Positions 1 through 10,342 are shown, counted from the first letter of the stretch. The stretch is 64,000 nt of DNA from a virus (IMGVR_UViG_3300013947_000002:34281-98280), one strand, 5' to 3'. Translations and numbers: made by a program. Notes: generated by a model not told the origin, from the letters alone.

Positions 1-249
1 ATATCACTCATAGGCAACCGAGCCATATGCTTCATACGTTCGTATAACACACCTGTTGCTATACGCCTATCATCAAGGATAGGATTTTCGATACTATATT
101 GACGTAGCCCGCCACAGCCAACGTCATGCTCGTATTAGGCTCCACTGAATTGTGGATTCACGGCTCGATTATATTCAACCCTACTAGATGCGTCAATCGC
201 CCCGCAAGCATGATTGACCAGCCGTAGCTATCACCTAGTAGAGAATGAA

Positions 250-1434
250 TCAAAGATAAAATGTTTTACGCCACTCTGCACCATCTTCTGAATATGTAGT
301 AAACATACAGGACGGTCTTGACGCTTTACGAATTTTCTTGGCAAATCCATCAACGCCACATACAGAACCAACTCGCCAGCACAGCTTATCGCCTAGCTCG
401 GTAATACCAGCGTTCTTCATTTCTTGCCGATGCAGATGCCCAACATAGCACTCGTCAACGTCGATATTATATAAGTTCTCAAAATATCGCATTGTCTCGG
501 CTACGTCGCCGCCATCACCATGATGAAGCATAATTGCATTATTTTTAATATACTTAATGGCACAATCTGTATAATCATCAACCGTAATGCCGTCTATTGA
601 CTTTAGTCGCTCTTGTAGATACCATACAATGATTTTACCTAGATTTTCTTCCTCAAACTGTGGTTTAGATGTAAGAATGCGGCAGGTATCATGATTACCC
701 CCGACCATTACAACGTTGACAGGGATTTCAAGCCGGTCATGCAATTCAACAAACCAATCAGCTAGATATTCAGACAACTTGATAACTGTATCAATAACCG
801 GCTCTCTCAGCTTAGTCAGGCTGGACGTGCGTAGAATATTCTCTACACAATCACCAAGCACAGCAACCGTAATATCATCAAGCCAAATGCAGTTATCATC
901 ATTGCACATCTTGTTAAGCAACCCATCAAGCCGCGCCCTCATAATGTTGAAATCGTATTTATTCACAATTTCATTATATGCGCCCTTAATCTCGTAAGTT
1001 GAACCAGCATGAAGGTCTGAAATACAAAGAAGTCCACTCATATTTGTTTGAGGCAATTTATTAAACTCACGAATAGTAAAAGGCTCAAGACATCTAATCG
1101 ACTCTGCAATCCTCTCCTGAATCATGTCAGCTCTTGCGTCTAACCGCTGATTCTGGACATGCTGAATGTTCTCGCTCTGTAATTTCTTGCGCTCTTTCTC
1201 CAACTCAGTCTTCGCTTCTCTGAGTTGGTCTAAAATCTCCGCATCTTTCTCATCTGTCTCGACATCATCTGCACCATTCAGCATATTGCGGACAAACACG
1301 GCGCATCTTCGCAGATATTCGCTTGACCAGACATCCCTATAATCTTCACCAAGACAACGAGCCGTCCATTCTTGCAAGTCAATCAACTTGCTATCTAGTA
1401 GCTCAGTCGCTTGTCGTATCTTCGTTAGATTCAT
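250..1434 (-). CDS. Calcineurin-like metallophosphoesterase
   Basis: Motifs CISDLHAGS, GDCVENIL, VGGNHDT, HHGDGG, GHLHRQE in order. Confidence 0.85.
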   Translation of the reverse strand: MNLTKIRQATELLDSKLIDLQEWTARCLGEDYRDVWSSEYLRRCAVFVRNMLNGADDVETDEKDAEILDQLREAKTELEKERKKLQSENIQHVQNQRLDARADMIQERIAESIRCLEPFTIREFNKLPQTNMSGLLCISDLHAGSTYEIKGAYNEIVNKYDFNIMRARLDGLLNKMCNDDNCIWLDDITVAVLGDCVENILRTSSLTKLREPVIDTVIKLSEYLADWFVELHDRLEIPVNVVMVGGNHDTCRILTSKPQFEEENLGKIIVWYLQERLKSIDGITVDDYTDCAIKYIKNNAIMLHHGDGGDVAETMRYFENLYNIDVDECYVGHLHRQEMKNAGITELGDKLCWRVGSVCGVDGFAKKIRKASRPSCMFTTYSEDGAEWRKTFYL

Positions 1435-1984
1435 TCAATTTCCGTTCCTTTTCCTTCTGTTTCCGTTCATATTCCTCTTTTTTCTTATTGATGACATTGA
1501 TAAAATCATCATAGTTCTGTTGCTTTGCCTTTTCCATGCGCTCTTGTGCTCTTTGCTCAAGCGTTTTTCTTGCTGTTCGTTCTGCCTCGGCCTGAGTCAG
1601 CAACTTTAGGTCATTTGGAGTCAACTTGCGCTCACGGACGCGCTTACGGTATTTCTTTGTAACACCGCGCCCATTGACATTGTTAAGAAAATCTTCGTTG
1701 ACTTTGTATAATATTTTAAACCAAGCCGGATTGATTTGCTCAATAAGCTCCCCTTGTTCATTTTTAGCCATCACCCTACGTTCAGGTAATTCCTCCAATG
1801 AGAATGTTCCTACTGCTGGCATTTGACACCTGCCATCAAAATGAAGAATGTGTATAATAGTATCAACAAATCCCATCCAGTATTTCTTGGCAGTCTGGGG
1901 CGATACATTGAGCAATCCACCTGCATAAGTATAAAATTCTTGATTCAGCTTGTTATGTTCGGCCATCTTCTTCTTCCTTAGCAA
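1403..1984 (-). CDS. HU/IHF-like DNA-binding protein with charged C-terminal extension
   Basis: N-terminal HU-like pattern ending in GTFSLEELPERR; Lys/Glu-rich tail. Confidence 0.5.
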   Translation of the reverse strand: MLRKKKMAEHNKLNQEFYTYAGGLLNVSPQTAKKYWMGFVDTIIHILHFDGRCQMPAVGTFSLEELPERRVMAKNEQGELIEQINPAWFKILYKVNEDFLNNVNGRGVTKKYRKRVRERKLTPNDLKLLTQAEAERTARKTLEQRAQERMEKAKQQNYDDFINVINKKKEEYERKQKEKERKLNESNEDTTSD

Positions 1985-2378
1985 ACTTAGGATTGTCAGG
2001 ATAATTCTCTAGTACCCAAGCGTCCCATTCTTCCTTGGCCGGGCCTTTACCGTACAATGTGCCAGCCTTAACATAACTTGCCATATGTTTCTCGGCCTTG
2101 AACTCTAGCCGATAGTAGCCCTTCCTATCAGGGTAATACATACGCCGCTTCTGAAAGCCGTTCCAATATTCACCCGCTGGCTTGGGCGGATGGTCGCGGA
2201 ACGTAATCACGCCAATGTCAGGCAATGAATACTCGACACCGTGCTGTAGCGTCTCGCGGATGATGTCGTGATATGCCGTTAGCACAATTTCAATAATTTT
2301 TGTGTCAACGCCTGTGCGCCGAATCAGCTCTTTTTTCATATCGGCCTTGCCAAGCCGTGGATATTTATTCTTGTGCAA
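1953..2378 (-). CDS. HU/IHF-like DNA-binding protein
   Basis: MKKELIRRTGVDTKIIEIVLTAYHDIIRETLQHGVEYSLPDIGVITFRDHPP resembles the HU fold pattern. Confidence 0.55.
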   Translation of the reverse strand: MHKNKYPRLGKADMKKELIRRTGVDTKIIEIVLTAYHDIIRETLQHGVEYSLPDIGVITFRDHPPKPAGEYWNGFQKRRMYYPDRKGYYRLEFKAEKHMASYVKAGTLYGKGPAKEEWDAWVLENYPDNPKFAKEEEDGRT

Positions 2379-2454
2379 TTATATTGCTCCTTCCCTATTA
2401 CTTTACCACTATATATTGTGGCTGACTCATTTTATCCATATATTTCCTACGATT

Positions 2455-3135
2455 TTAACATATCCCCCGTTCGGACAGGCGGGCTTCACGTGATGCAATG
2501 CGGCGCTGATTATCCGCTTTTTTGCCACACTCCTCAGAGCAATAATGCTGGCATACATCACGTGGTTTGAACCGCTTGCCGCAAATTGGGCAAATTGGAT
2601 TAAGTGTGGCTGCATTGACTTTCAGATTCTCTACAATCTGCTTGCCAAAACAAGCCCACAACATTTTTTTATTGCTTGCTTTCTTAACCGTATATAGATA
2701 CGCCACCAAGCTATTAACCACAACATCCAGTGGCTCTTTGCTGTAATCCACAATATCTTGTGCTATGCACCGATACTTGTACAAATCGTCCTCATTGATA
2801 TGCGGGTCATCGCCATAATCAAATCGGCGCTGATTCTTAATCCAGTAATTATACCGCTCAATGATTGGCGATTCTTCTCGCGTCGTATAATCAACTTGTT
2901 TGTTAATCAGCATTATCCAATCAAACTTCCCAATTTTGTTATTATAGTGGATTCGGGAAGTAGGAATTTTGGCCGATATACGATTCATCGTGGAATTGTT
3001 GGGAGGCTCTACTTGGGTATCCGGGTCTTTGTCTTTGGCGTATTGGAAGAAATTTGGCAATTTGGATTTAGTATATTTTTTTATAATATCTGAAATTTCT
3101 TTTGGCGGTTCCGATTTCCACAATGTCTTTGCGAA
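2455..3135 (-). CDS. 3' exon of putative single-chain DFDGD RNA polymerase (YonO/QDE-1-like), with C-terminal zinc-ribbon-like CPICGKRF...CSEECGKK
   Basis: Reading frame continues upstream of the TTG at 3123 as FAKTLWKSEPPKEISD and joins exon 1 after ...NNQVID. Confidence 0.6.
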   Translation of the reverse strand, partial: FAKTLWKSEPPKEISDIIKKYTKSKLPNFFQYAKDKDPDTQVEPPNNSTMNRISAKIPTSRIHYNNKIGKFDWIMLINKQVDYTTREESPIIERYNYWIKNQRRFDYGDDPHINEDDLYKYRCIAQDIVDYSKEPLDVVVNSLVAYLYTVKKASNKKMLWACFGKQIVENLKVNAATLNPICPICGKRFKPRDVCQHYCSEECGKKADNQRRIASREARLSERGIC

Positions 3136-4146
3136 CCTTTAATACCGTCTCTTTCGAGATACTTTAACACCACTCTAAGCGGTCGGAGTAGACTATCTCT
3201 TCATCTCAATGAGATGGATGGCACTTCGCAAGTAGGAATTTCACCTACAAGCTACACTGAAAACAGTTAGTCGTTACAGCTTCAAATGTTTGATATTTTA
3301 ATTTTCTTGATAACCAAATATCCAATCCTTATGGGTTTTATTTCGTCCGTGTAACACTCTGTCAATACAGGAATAACTTAAATTGCGGTCTTTTGCAAAA
3401 TTTCTAATATTCACAAATTCTACATATTCGCCAGTTTTTAAGTTTCTTCCCCAACACGCCTTTTCGTGCGCCCTAGATGAATTGTCATGCAGGGTGAGCC
3501 ATCTACAATTTTCTGGACAATAATCACCATGTGGATTTATTCTGTCGATAGTCAAATCTTCTTGATAACCATTGGATAACGCCCAATCTCTGAATGTTTC
3601 ATAAGAATTTAACCACTCGTCACAAACCGTAATACCCTTTGCTCCATAATCCGCATAGCTACGAACGTTAGGATTATAGCAACGCGACTTCATATTTGAC
3701 CACGTCCTATAAAGTTTGCTTCGATTGCCAACTATCGCACCACCAGACTCTCCATGACGAGTTTTGTTCTGATGAACTCTCTCAAGTCTTAAACATCCAC
3801 AAGAACGAATTGGTTTATACTGCTGGACTAATTTGTATTTAACAACCTCGACAATGTTGCCGCAATCACACTTGCATACTACAAGTAATTTACCTTCTTT
3901 ATTTCTTTTGTCTGGTAATTCAACAACCGTCAATTTTTCAAATTTATCGCCTATCTTAATTTCATTTGATCTCACACCTAAACCTCCTTTCTTTTATGAT
4001 AACATCAAACATTCGCTTGCCACGGTATTGCCATGCGCTCATGCGTTTAGGGTTTTACCGTTAGCACGGCATATGCCGCACACCCTACATTTGTAGGTTC
4101 ACCATCATTCACATCATATGTCACCATATGAGTGGACTATCGTTTA
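3136..4146 (-). other. Group I intron (1011 nt) interrupting the putative RNA polymerase gene
   Basis: Exon 1 ends in U (GAT|TAA), intron ends in G; P7-like ACGACTA...GATAGTCTACTCC; contains HNH ORF; removal restores ...VIAWLTMKNNQVID|FAKTLWKSEPP... Confidence 0.85.
3298..3975 (-). CDS. Intron-encoded HNH homing endonuclease
   Basis: CKCDCGN...SCGC zinc motif, LYRTWSNMKSRCYNP, YCPENCRW, C-terminal NUMOD-like region; lies inside the intron. Confidence 0.85.
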   Translation of the reverse strand: MRSNEIKIGDKFEKLTVVELPDKRNKEGKLLVVCKCDCGNIVEVVKYKLVQQYKPIRSCGCLRLERVHQNKTRHGESGGAIVGNRSKLYRTWSNMKSRCYNPNVRSYADYGAKGITVCDEWLNSYETFRDWALSNGYQEDLTIDRINPHGDYCPENCRWLTLHDNSSRAHEKACWGRNLKTGEYVEFVNIRNFAKDRNLSYSCIDRVLHGRNKTHKDWIFGYQEN

Positions 4147-6045
4147 ATCTATAACTTGATTATTCTTCATTGTCAACCAAGCGATAACCTTGATTTGTTC
4201 CTCCGTCATCTTACCGCCATTAGCGTTTTTTACCTTCGAAATTGCATTACTGATAGGGCCGATTGAGCCGCCTGTATATGCTGTACTTACACCTTCATAT
4301 AGCCTGTCTGCGTCGATAATACCACCACGAGCTTTTTTAAGGTCATATGACAGCGGAACAATCCCTTGCATATTGCGCTTTGCTACAGTTGTTAGCGTCT
4401 TATCCTTGACAACTAAAGAAATATCTCCGTCAAAATCTTGCTGCAAGATACGGCTAATCATGTCATGACAACTAAAATAAACACACTTTGTCCCACCCAA
4501 CCATTTATCAGTCAATTCATTTCGCTTGTTGACACGAACGGCGTGTTCTTGGTATAGGTGCGGACTTCTCAGACAATCAAGCTCGTCGCCATCCTTGAAT
4601 TGATTAGTATATACTTCACCATTCTCAAGTAATCCAGTTGGGAATTGTTCACCCTTGAATAACCACTCACAGAACGCCACAGGGTCAGGTGAGATGAACA
4701 AGTATTTGCCATTGATTCTCAATCTACCGCCTTTTGCTTGTTTGACAAGACTTTTTTTAGTTTGCTTTAATATTTCCCGATTGTAAACATCCTTGAATAA
4801 TTCTGGATAAATCGTCAACGCCTCTTGCATGGCTGTTTTTGTCTGATTATACTCAGTTGCCCCAAGCAATCTCATCGTTGTTTGATAGTCACGCCCAACA
4901 CTGTCAATTTCATCTACTGTCTTCGCGATAAGCCGCTCAATTTCATTGTCGGTCATATCGCTCAATGATTGTAGCATCTGATAATTGATTCGAGCCTTTG
5001 GGATATAATCCTCCTCGACTTTGCAGCAACCGAAGTGACAACCATAACTCTTAAAGTTCGACTTGTAGCAGAACCAGCTAGGGTAGAATTTGTACAGCTT
5101 AAACATTGATTTCGTTAGGATATACTGAATATCATCTTCAATGATTTTCCATTCCTTTCCATATATATCCGTAACAGACCAATCATCAGCGGAACAATAT
5201 TCTTTGAGCCATCCTCTAAAATCAAAGTAGGACACCAACCCCTTTATCCACGGGCCGCGCACGATTTGCGTCTTGAATCCGGGCTTACAACACATGCCCC
5301 ACCCGTCAGTTTCAGCTATAACCGTCTCTGATACTTTGCGCGTAATGCTATAATCTGTATAATCAATAAAGTCCGACTCGGCAGTTACCGGCATCTCAAA
5401 ATCATCCACCACTATACACCGGTCTATATCAAAATCGTCCATTCTGTCTGTTGCAGATGCCATAAGGCTCTTATAGCTCAACAGCTTGTTTTCATTCATA
5501 CCGCCCTGAGCGTTAATTGAATCGATGGTTAATCCGCACATGAGCGTCTGCTCAACTTCATTATAGTCTTTTTCCCTAACGGCCATAAACCGCTTTGTGC
5601 GTATCATGCCAGCGCCGCATGAGTAGAAAATGTAATGCTCGCCTTTGTAATTGAAACCATTGTGAATGATGCTATTAAGAATCTCAAAAAAGAACACGTT
5701 GACAATGATTATTTTGTCGCTACGCTCGAACGTCTTGATTCCTAGACTTCGAGTCAACTCAGAACAGAATAGATTGATGATTGTCTTGTCTTTTACTGCG
5801 TCTGGATTGAGTTCTCTAGTAATATTATCTTCGAGAGATTTTTTAAGCAATTTGACAAGTTCGTCTTTATGCTTTTTAATAACACGATTGATAGATGAGA
5901 CACGCCATTTGCGATTTTGCCCATCTTTTTCTCGCATACGCAATGTATATAATTTAACAAGACGATTATGAATGGCTTGTTCATCCGATGTATAGAAAGC
6001 ATCTGTATTGATGGAGGGGATGAAGCAAAACTCTGTTAATGGCAC
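4147..6045 (-). CDS. 5' exon of putative single-chain double-psi beta-barrel RNA polymerase (YonO/QDE-1-like)
   Basis: Catalytic-loop-like SRILQQDFDGDISLVV plus downstream GGSIGPISNAISKV...IKVIAWLTMKNN. Confidence 0.6.
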
Positions 6046-6177
6046 TTAGTAAATCACCTCTAATTCATTTTCTGAACTTCCATATATCCAAAGCGCCCAA
6101 TCGCACTCAGTTGGCTCATATTCATCATCCCATACCTCTGGTTCAGTATCGTCGCGCCGATACCAGTTATAGCTCAT
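6046..6177 (-). CDS. Small hypothetical protein (43 aa)
   Basis: Short ORF between flanking genes, overlapping start with upstream gene. Confidence 0.4.
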   Translation of the reverse strand: MSYNWYRRDDTEPEVWDDEYEPTECDWALWIYGSSENELEVIY

Positions 6178-6833
6178 TTCGCTCCACAATTCTCCTTATC
6201 ACCTCTTTCCTGCGACTGAATAAACTTGCAAAATTCCTCCATTAGTCCATTGTCTGCAATCCACTCAATCTTTGTCTTATGTTCAGCAACCGCCTTAGTG
6301 TTGATATTATAACCAAGTTGCTTACTGAACCCAATATACATATCGCGCCAAGCATTGTCGGCGTTGTGCTTGTTCATATTATTAGCTCGGATGATATCTC
6401 GCATCAGCCTATAGCAATAAGCGCGGTCGAATTTGACTGGACACGTCTCTTTGAACACACCACTACTGTCAATGTATCGACCATACTTACGAATTGACGG
6501 TAAGACCTCATGTGTGACCCAGCGTCTGAATTTGCGCAACTCGGCTTCGCGCCTTGCAATGTCTTCTTTAGCTGCTCCACGAACCATCTTTGGCTTCATT
6601 ATGAACAACGCCTGATAAAGACCCGGTTCATTGACAGTCAACACCTTCTGCTTTCCGCCAAGGGTGTTCACAATGCGAATACCCTTTTCATCGTCATCGA
6701 GCCGATTTGCGATGTGGCTGACGTTCTTAACATACAAAATATCGCAAATATCCTTTAGTACAAACCAGACCTCACCATCAACTTCTGCGACTCTCACGCC
6801 TTGTGTAGTATATTCAAATTCCTTAAATTCCAT
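6174..6833 (-). CDS. BRO-N domain antirepressor-like protein
   Basis: VAEVDGEVWFVLKDICDILYVKN...LTVNEPGLYQALF...FRRWVTHEVLPSIRKYGRY. Confidence 0.9.
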   Translation of the reverse strand: MEFKEFEYTTQGVRVAEVDGEVWFVLKDICDILYVKNVSHIANRLDDDEKGIRIVNTLGGKQKVLTVNEPGLYQALFIMKPKMVRGAAKEDIARREAELRKFRRWVTHEVLPSIRKYGRYIDSSGVFKETCPVKFDRAYCYRLMRDIIRANNMNKHNADNAWRDMYIGFSKQLGYNINTKAVAEHKTKIEWIADNGLMEEFCKFIQSQERGDKENCGAK

Positions 6834-7030
6834 ATTTTTATTAGCCTCCTTGAGCTTAATGCCATTATATCATAATATAACTTGATATTTGTCAAGTAAT
6901 AATTTCGGTCTAAAATTTATCCCCCTATAACCCCCTATAAGGTATAATTAAATACTAACGTATTTAATTATTTACTATATTATATCACAAATTTTTCTAT
7001 TTGTCAATAGCAAAAATAAAAAATTTTCTC

Positions 7031-7059
7031 TTGACATTGTATTGCTTCTATGATATATT
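7031..7059 (+). promoter_or_regulatory. Sigma70-type promoter TTGACA-N17-TATATT overlapped by an inverted repeat
   Basis: TTGACA 7031-7036, TATATT 7054-7059. Confidence 0.6.
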
Positions 7060-7077
7060 ACTAGTATAGTAATATAT
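7053..7077. repeat. 11-bp-arm palindrome (ATATATTACTA GTA TAGTAATATAT) covering the -10 box; candidate operator
   Basis: Direct sequence inspection. Confidence 0.7.
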
Positions 7078-7085
7078 AAGTATTA

Positions 7086-7099
7086 ACAGTATATACTGT
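7086..7099. repeat. Perfect 14-bp palindrome ACAGTATATACTGT; candidate second operator
   Basis: Direct sequence inspection. Confidence 0.6.
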
Positions 7100-7179
7100 A
7101 ATAATAATTATTTTTTATAGAAAAGGGGTTGTAGGGGGAAAACCGTCAAATTGTAAACGAATTGTAAATGAAATTGTTC

Positions 7180-7208
7180 TTGACAAGTTGCGCGACATAT
7201 GCTATAAT
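7180..7208 (+). promoter_or_regulatory. Consensus promoter TTGACA-N17-TATAAT driving the 7.2-11.7 kb gene block
   Basis: TTGACA 7180-7185, TATAAT 7203-7208. Confidence 0.85.
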
Positions 7209-7229
7209 CTTGCCATGAGGTGAAAAACA

Positions 7230-7442
7230 ATGCCACGAACAAAGAAAATTAACCCGCGCGTCCAATATGGCGACACTAGCTGGATTGTCAATGATTGCGG
7301 CAATGGGCAATTCGAGCTGTATAATACCAGCACCAAACAAATTCCAGCAAAGAGTAATAATCCACTGGATTTTGATAAATATATTGACAAAATTTTTGGT
7401 AAGGAGGCGGCTAAGAATGTTCGAGATTTTCAAGCTGAATAA
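7230..7442 (+). CDS. Small hypothetical protein
   Basis: ORF immediately downstream of the 7180 promoter. Confidence 0.6.
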   Translation: MPRTKKINPRVQYGDTSWIVNDCGNGQFELYNTSTKQIPAKSNNPLDFDKYIDKIFGKEAAKNVRDFQAE

Positions 7443-8577
7443 GAAGAAGAAAGAGCTTGAAGGGCAGATTTCCAAATTAGAATCAACTATTGCAGAGCAA
7501 CAAGAGAATATTTCTTACACACAGCTCAACATCGATATGTTGCACAAAGAAGAAAAGAAAGCACAATCTGCCGCGCTTCAAGAACAGAACAACTTAGATA
7601 TTCTTGAAAACAAAATCCACGCTATCGAAGAAATGCAGGATTATAACATCCCATATTATCAGGATTCGCTTGATGAACTTGAACATCGCCGCTATGAACT
7701 ACAGAGCAAGATTGAATTGGCTGTGAATACTGGTCTGTATCGCATCGAACAAGGATATACGCTCAATGGCTCTGACAGGCGCGGCAAGGAAATGCAGGAC
7801 GTATATGGGCGAGGACTGGTTTGCAGTTGCAACGCTTATATTGACAGCAAAGAAAAATCGCTGACAACAGGCAATATTGCTAAAAGCAAAGAATTGATTA
7901 AGAATAAATTTAATTCTTATCAGTCCAAAGCCGGTAAGGTCGGCTTGGCGCTTAATGCTGAATATGTCAAGGCGCGACTTGATATGTTTGATGTCAATTT
8001 GGCCATCAAGGTTAAAAAGAAGGAAGAAGCAGCTAAGATTAGAGAAGAAAAGCGGCGGCTTAGAGAGCAAGAGCAATTGTTGGCTGATATTGCTAGAGAA
8101 CGCGCCAAGCTGATTGAAGAAAAGAAAGCAATGAATATTGCATTTAGCAAGGCATTGACAGATGATGAGCGCAATGAGATTAAGGCTCAGCTTGCTAGTA
8201 TTGATAAGCGACTTGATTCTATTGCATATCGTGAAGCACATAGTAAAGCTGGTTGGCTATATGTTATTAGCTCGCCCAGCTTGCCCGGATTGACCAAAAT
8301 CGGTTGCACGCGGAGATTGGTACCAATGGTGCGCGTGAAAGAATTATCAAGTTCCTCGCTCCCGTCACCATTTGTAGCTCATTGCTTTGTATTTAGTGAT
8401 GATTGCTTTGAGCTTGAATCGCAGATGCACAAATATTTTGACAAAGAGCGAGTCAATCCTGATAGAGAATTTTTCCGCATTGAGCCGAAAGAGGCCATTG
8501 AGGTGCTAAGAGAAATTTTTGACGTTGATGTCCATTTTGTAGATGAAGATTGTGAAGATAATGAGGAGGATAAATAA
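7417..8577 (+). CDS. DUF4041/T5orf172-type GIY-YIG protein with N-terminal coiled coil
   Basis: Long coiled coil then AGWLYVISSPSLPGLTKIGCTRR...FVAHCFVFSDD...LESQMHKYFDKERVNPDREFF; RBS AAGGAGG. Confidence 0.8.
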   Translation: MFEIFKLNKKKKELEGQISKLESTIAEQQENISYTQLNIDMLHKEEKKAQSAALQEQNNLDILENKIHAIEEMQDYNIPYYQDSLDELEHRRYELQSKIELAVNTGLYRIEQGYTLNGSDRRGKEMQDVYGRGLVCSCNAYIDSKEKSLTTGNIAKSKELIKNKFNSYQSKAGKVGLALNAEYVKARLDMFDVNLAIKVKKKEEAAKIREEKRRLREQEQLLADIARERAKLIEEKKAMNIAFSKALTDDERNEIKAQLASIDKRLDSIAYREAHSKAGWLYVISSPSLPGLTKIGCTRRLVPMVRVKELSSSSLPSPFVAHCFVFSDDCFELESQMHKYFDKERVNPDREFFRIEPKEAIEVLREIFDVDVHFVDEDCEDNEEDK

Positions 8578-8578
8578 T

Positions 8579-9091
8579 ATGACAAGAAAAGAAAAGATTG
8601 ATATTCTTGAATGGTATTGTGACCATTGCGGCGATACTTGTGATGGATGCCCGTTTAATACTGTCGAGAACTATGGATGTGACTTTTCAGAAATGAATGA
8701 CACAAAACTAGACAAGTTGTGTAAACACCTGAATGACGCAGACCAAGCCGCTTATGAAAACGCTGTTAATGAGTATTGTCACACAGAACCAGATGATCTT
8801 GAACTCCATATCGACCCAAAGGCGGCTCGCCACTATGCTATCTGCCAAAAACTCAATGCGGTATATAAGGCTAAGAATCATGATTATGGGGATTCATTTG
8901 GTGATACGTTCAAAAAGCTCGGCATTATCAGCGCAGTGACTCGCCTGAGCGATAAAATGAACCGACTTATGTCACTTGCTGTGGCACACGATGCCCAGGT
9001 AAAAGATGAAAAGATTGAGGATACGCTACTTGACATGGCTAATTATGCAATTATGACGCTGATTGAATTGGGATATGAGGTAGATGAATAA
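8579..9091 (+). CDS. Nucleotide-modification-associated domain 1 (DUF1599)-like protein
   Basis: KNHDYGDSFGDTFKKLGIISAVTRLSDKMNRL...EDTLLDMANYAIMTLIEL. Confidence 0.65.
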   Translation: MTRKEKIDILEWYCDHCGDTCDGCPFNTVENYGCDFSEMNDTKLDKLCKHLNDADQAAYENAVNEYCHTEPDDLELHIDPKAARHYAICQKLNAVYKAKNHDYGDSFGDTFKKLGIISAVTRLSDKMNRLMSLAVAHDAQVKDEKIEDTLLDMANYAIMTLIELGYEVDE

Positions 9092-9339
9092 TGGCTGATT
9101 GTATTGATCGTGATGCACTGATTGATAATTTGCAGAAATTCGCGTCAAACAGTTATGACGCTTATGTGAACAATATCATCATGGGTATGCCTAGAGCCAA
9201 TGTTAAAAAAATTGTAACGGCACATTGGTTTTTTGGTGACGATGGTGTGTTCATTTGTAGCAAATGTGGCAATGCAGAGTCTAGCAATGGTCGTTACTGT
9301 TCGTATTGTGGTGCTGAAATGAGCGAGGTTGCAGAATGA
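9091..9339 (+). CDS. Small zinc-ribbon protein
   Basis: CSKCGN...YCSYCGAEM. Confidence 0.55.
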   Translation: MADCIDRDALIDNLQKFASNSYDAYVNNIIMGMPRANVKKIVTAHWFFGDDGVFICSKCGNAESSNGRYCSYCGAEMSEVAE

Positions 9340-9509
9340 GTGTATATATCAAACTTGAGGATGCGGTTGAAGCATTTAAGAAAGCCGAAGCAGATGACAT
9401 TGAGAGGTTTGGTTATCATATCGTTGACTGCTTTCCATCGGACAGAGCCATTGAAATCATCTGTAAATGTCATAGGTATTTGAGTAAAGACTACGAGGTT
9501 ACAGAATGA
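9336..9509 (+). CDS. Small hypothetical protein
   Basis: ATG overlaps upstream stop (ATGA), translationally coupled. Confidence 0.5.
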   Translation: MSVYIKLEDAVEAFKKAEADDIERFGYHIVDCFPSDRAIEIICKCHRYLSKDYEVTE

Positions 9510-9688
9510 CTAATCGTGAATGGTTTGAGTTGAATTACTCGGAAGATAATAGGTTGGATTATATAAATAGTAAATGTCCACCCAGCACTGGTGGATATCC
9601 CAATTGTTCACATTTAATTGATGATGTAACCTGTGATATTTGTTGGGAACAATGGCTCAGAGAGGAATACAATGAACCAGAGAACTAG
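9506..9688 (+). CDS. Small hypothetical protein
   Basis: ATGA-type overlap with upstream ORF. Confidence 0.5.
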   Translation: MTNREWFELNYSEDNRLDYINSKCPPSTGGYPNCSHLIDDVTCDICWEQWLREEYNEPEN

Positions 9689-10088
9689 GCGCGGCATTGA
9701 ATCGGCGCGTCGAGCTAGCTATGAATCTGCTTTTCCTCGCTATCATCTTGGAGCGGCGTTGTATTATAAGGGTGTATTGCTTGCTACTGGTTGCAACAGT
9801 ACCAAAACAAGCCCATTGCAAAAGCGGCTCAATGCAGAGCGCGATTTCAACCCAGACCAGAGTGGCGTGGTCAATTCGCTCCATGCGGAAATTAGAGCAT
9901 TGAGCAAAGTAAAATATCTGGATATTGATTTTGATAAAACCACGCTTTATATTTACAGAGAATATGCAAATGGCAATAAAGCAATGGCGCGACCATGCCC
10001 AGCCTGTATGCGATATATTAAAGAGCTGGGTATTAAGAATATATGCTATAGTACGGCCGATGGAATTGCCGAAGAAAGGATTGATTGA
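9672..10088 (+). CDS. Cytidine/deoxycytidylate deaminase-like
   Basis: LHAEIRAL and PCPACMRYIKELGIKNICYST zinc-binding motifs. Confidence 0.8.
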   Translation: MNQRTRRGIESARRASYESAFPRYHLGAALYYKGVLLATGCNSTKTSPLQKRLNAERDFNPDQSGVVNSLHAEIRALSKVKYLDIDFDKTTLYIYREYANGNKAMARPCPACMRYIKELGIKNICYSTADGIAEERID

Positions 10089-10090
10089 TA

Positions 10091-10342
10091 ATGCAACCGA
10101 TTGACCTAGATTCTGAATATATCAAAGAAACCCTATATCGCACCGGCTTTAAGTCGAGAAAAGATATTGAGGATTGGTTGAATGCTGCGCCAGTTGTTGA
10201 TGCTGTACCGGTTGTTAGATGTAAGGATTGCATCTATTTTGGCGTGAATGATGAAAATGTACCATATTGCTTTAACAGGTTTGGACTTGATGACCTTGAG
10301 CTAAATGGATATTGTAATTATGGGAGGGTAAATAATGGCTGA
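10091..10342 (+). CDS. Small Cys-containing hypothetical protein
   Basis: VPVVRCKDCIYFG, a common phage small-protein motif. Confidence 0.5.
   Translation: MQPIDLDSEYIKETLYRTGFKSRKDIEDWLNAAPVVDAVPVVRCKDCIYFGVNDENVPYCFNRFGLDDLELNGYCNYGRVNNG

Noticed and set aside
2455-3123. Treating ORF 2455-3123 as a standalone gene starting at TTG
   Set aside because: The frame is open upstream (FAKTL...) and directly follows a group I intron 3' end; it is better explained as exon 2 of the polymerase gene.
6901-6945. CCCCCTATAA direct repeat (6921-6940) as an iteron array
   Set aside because: Only two copies in tandem; too few to support an iteron call.
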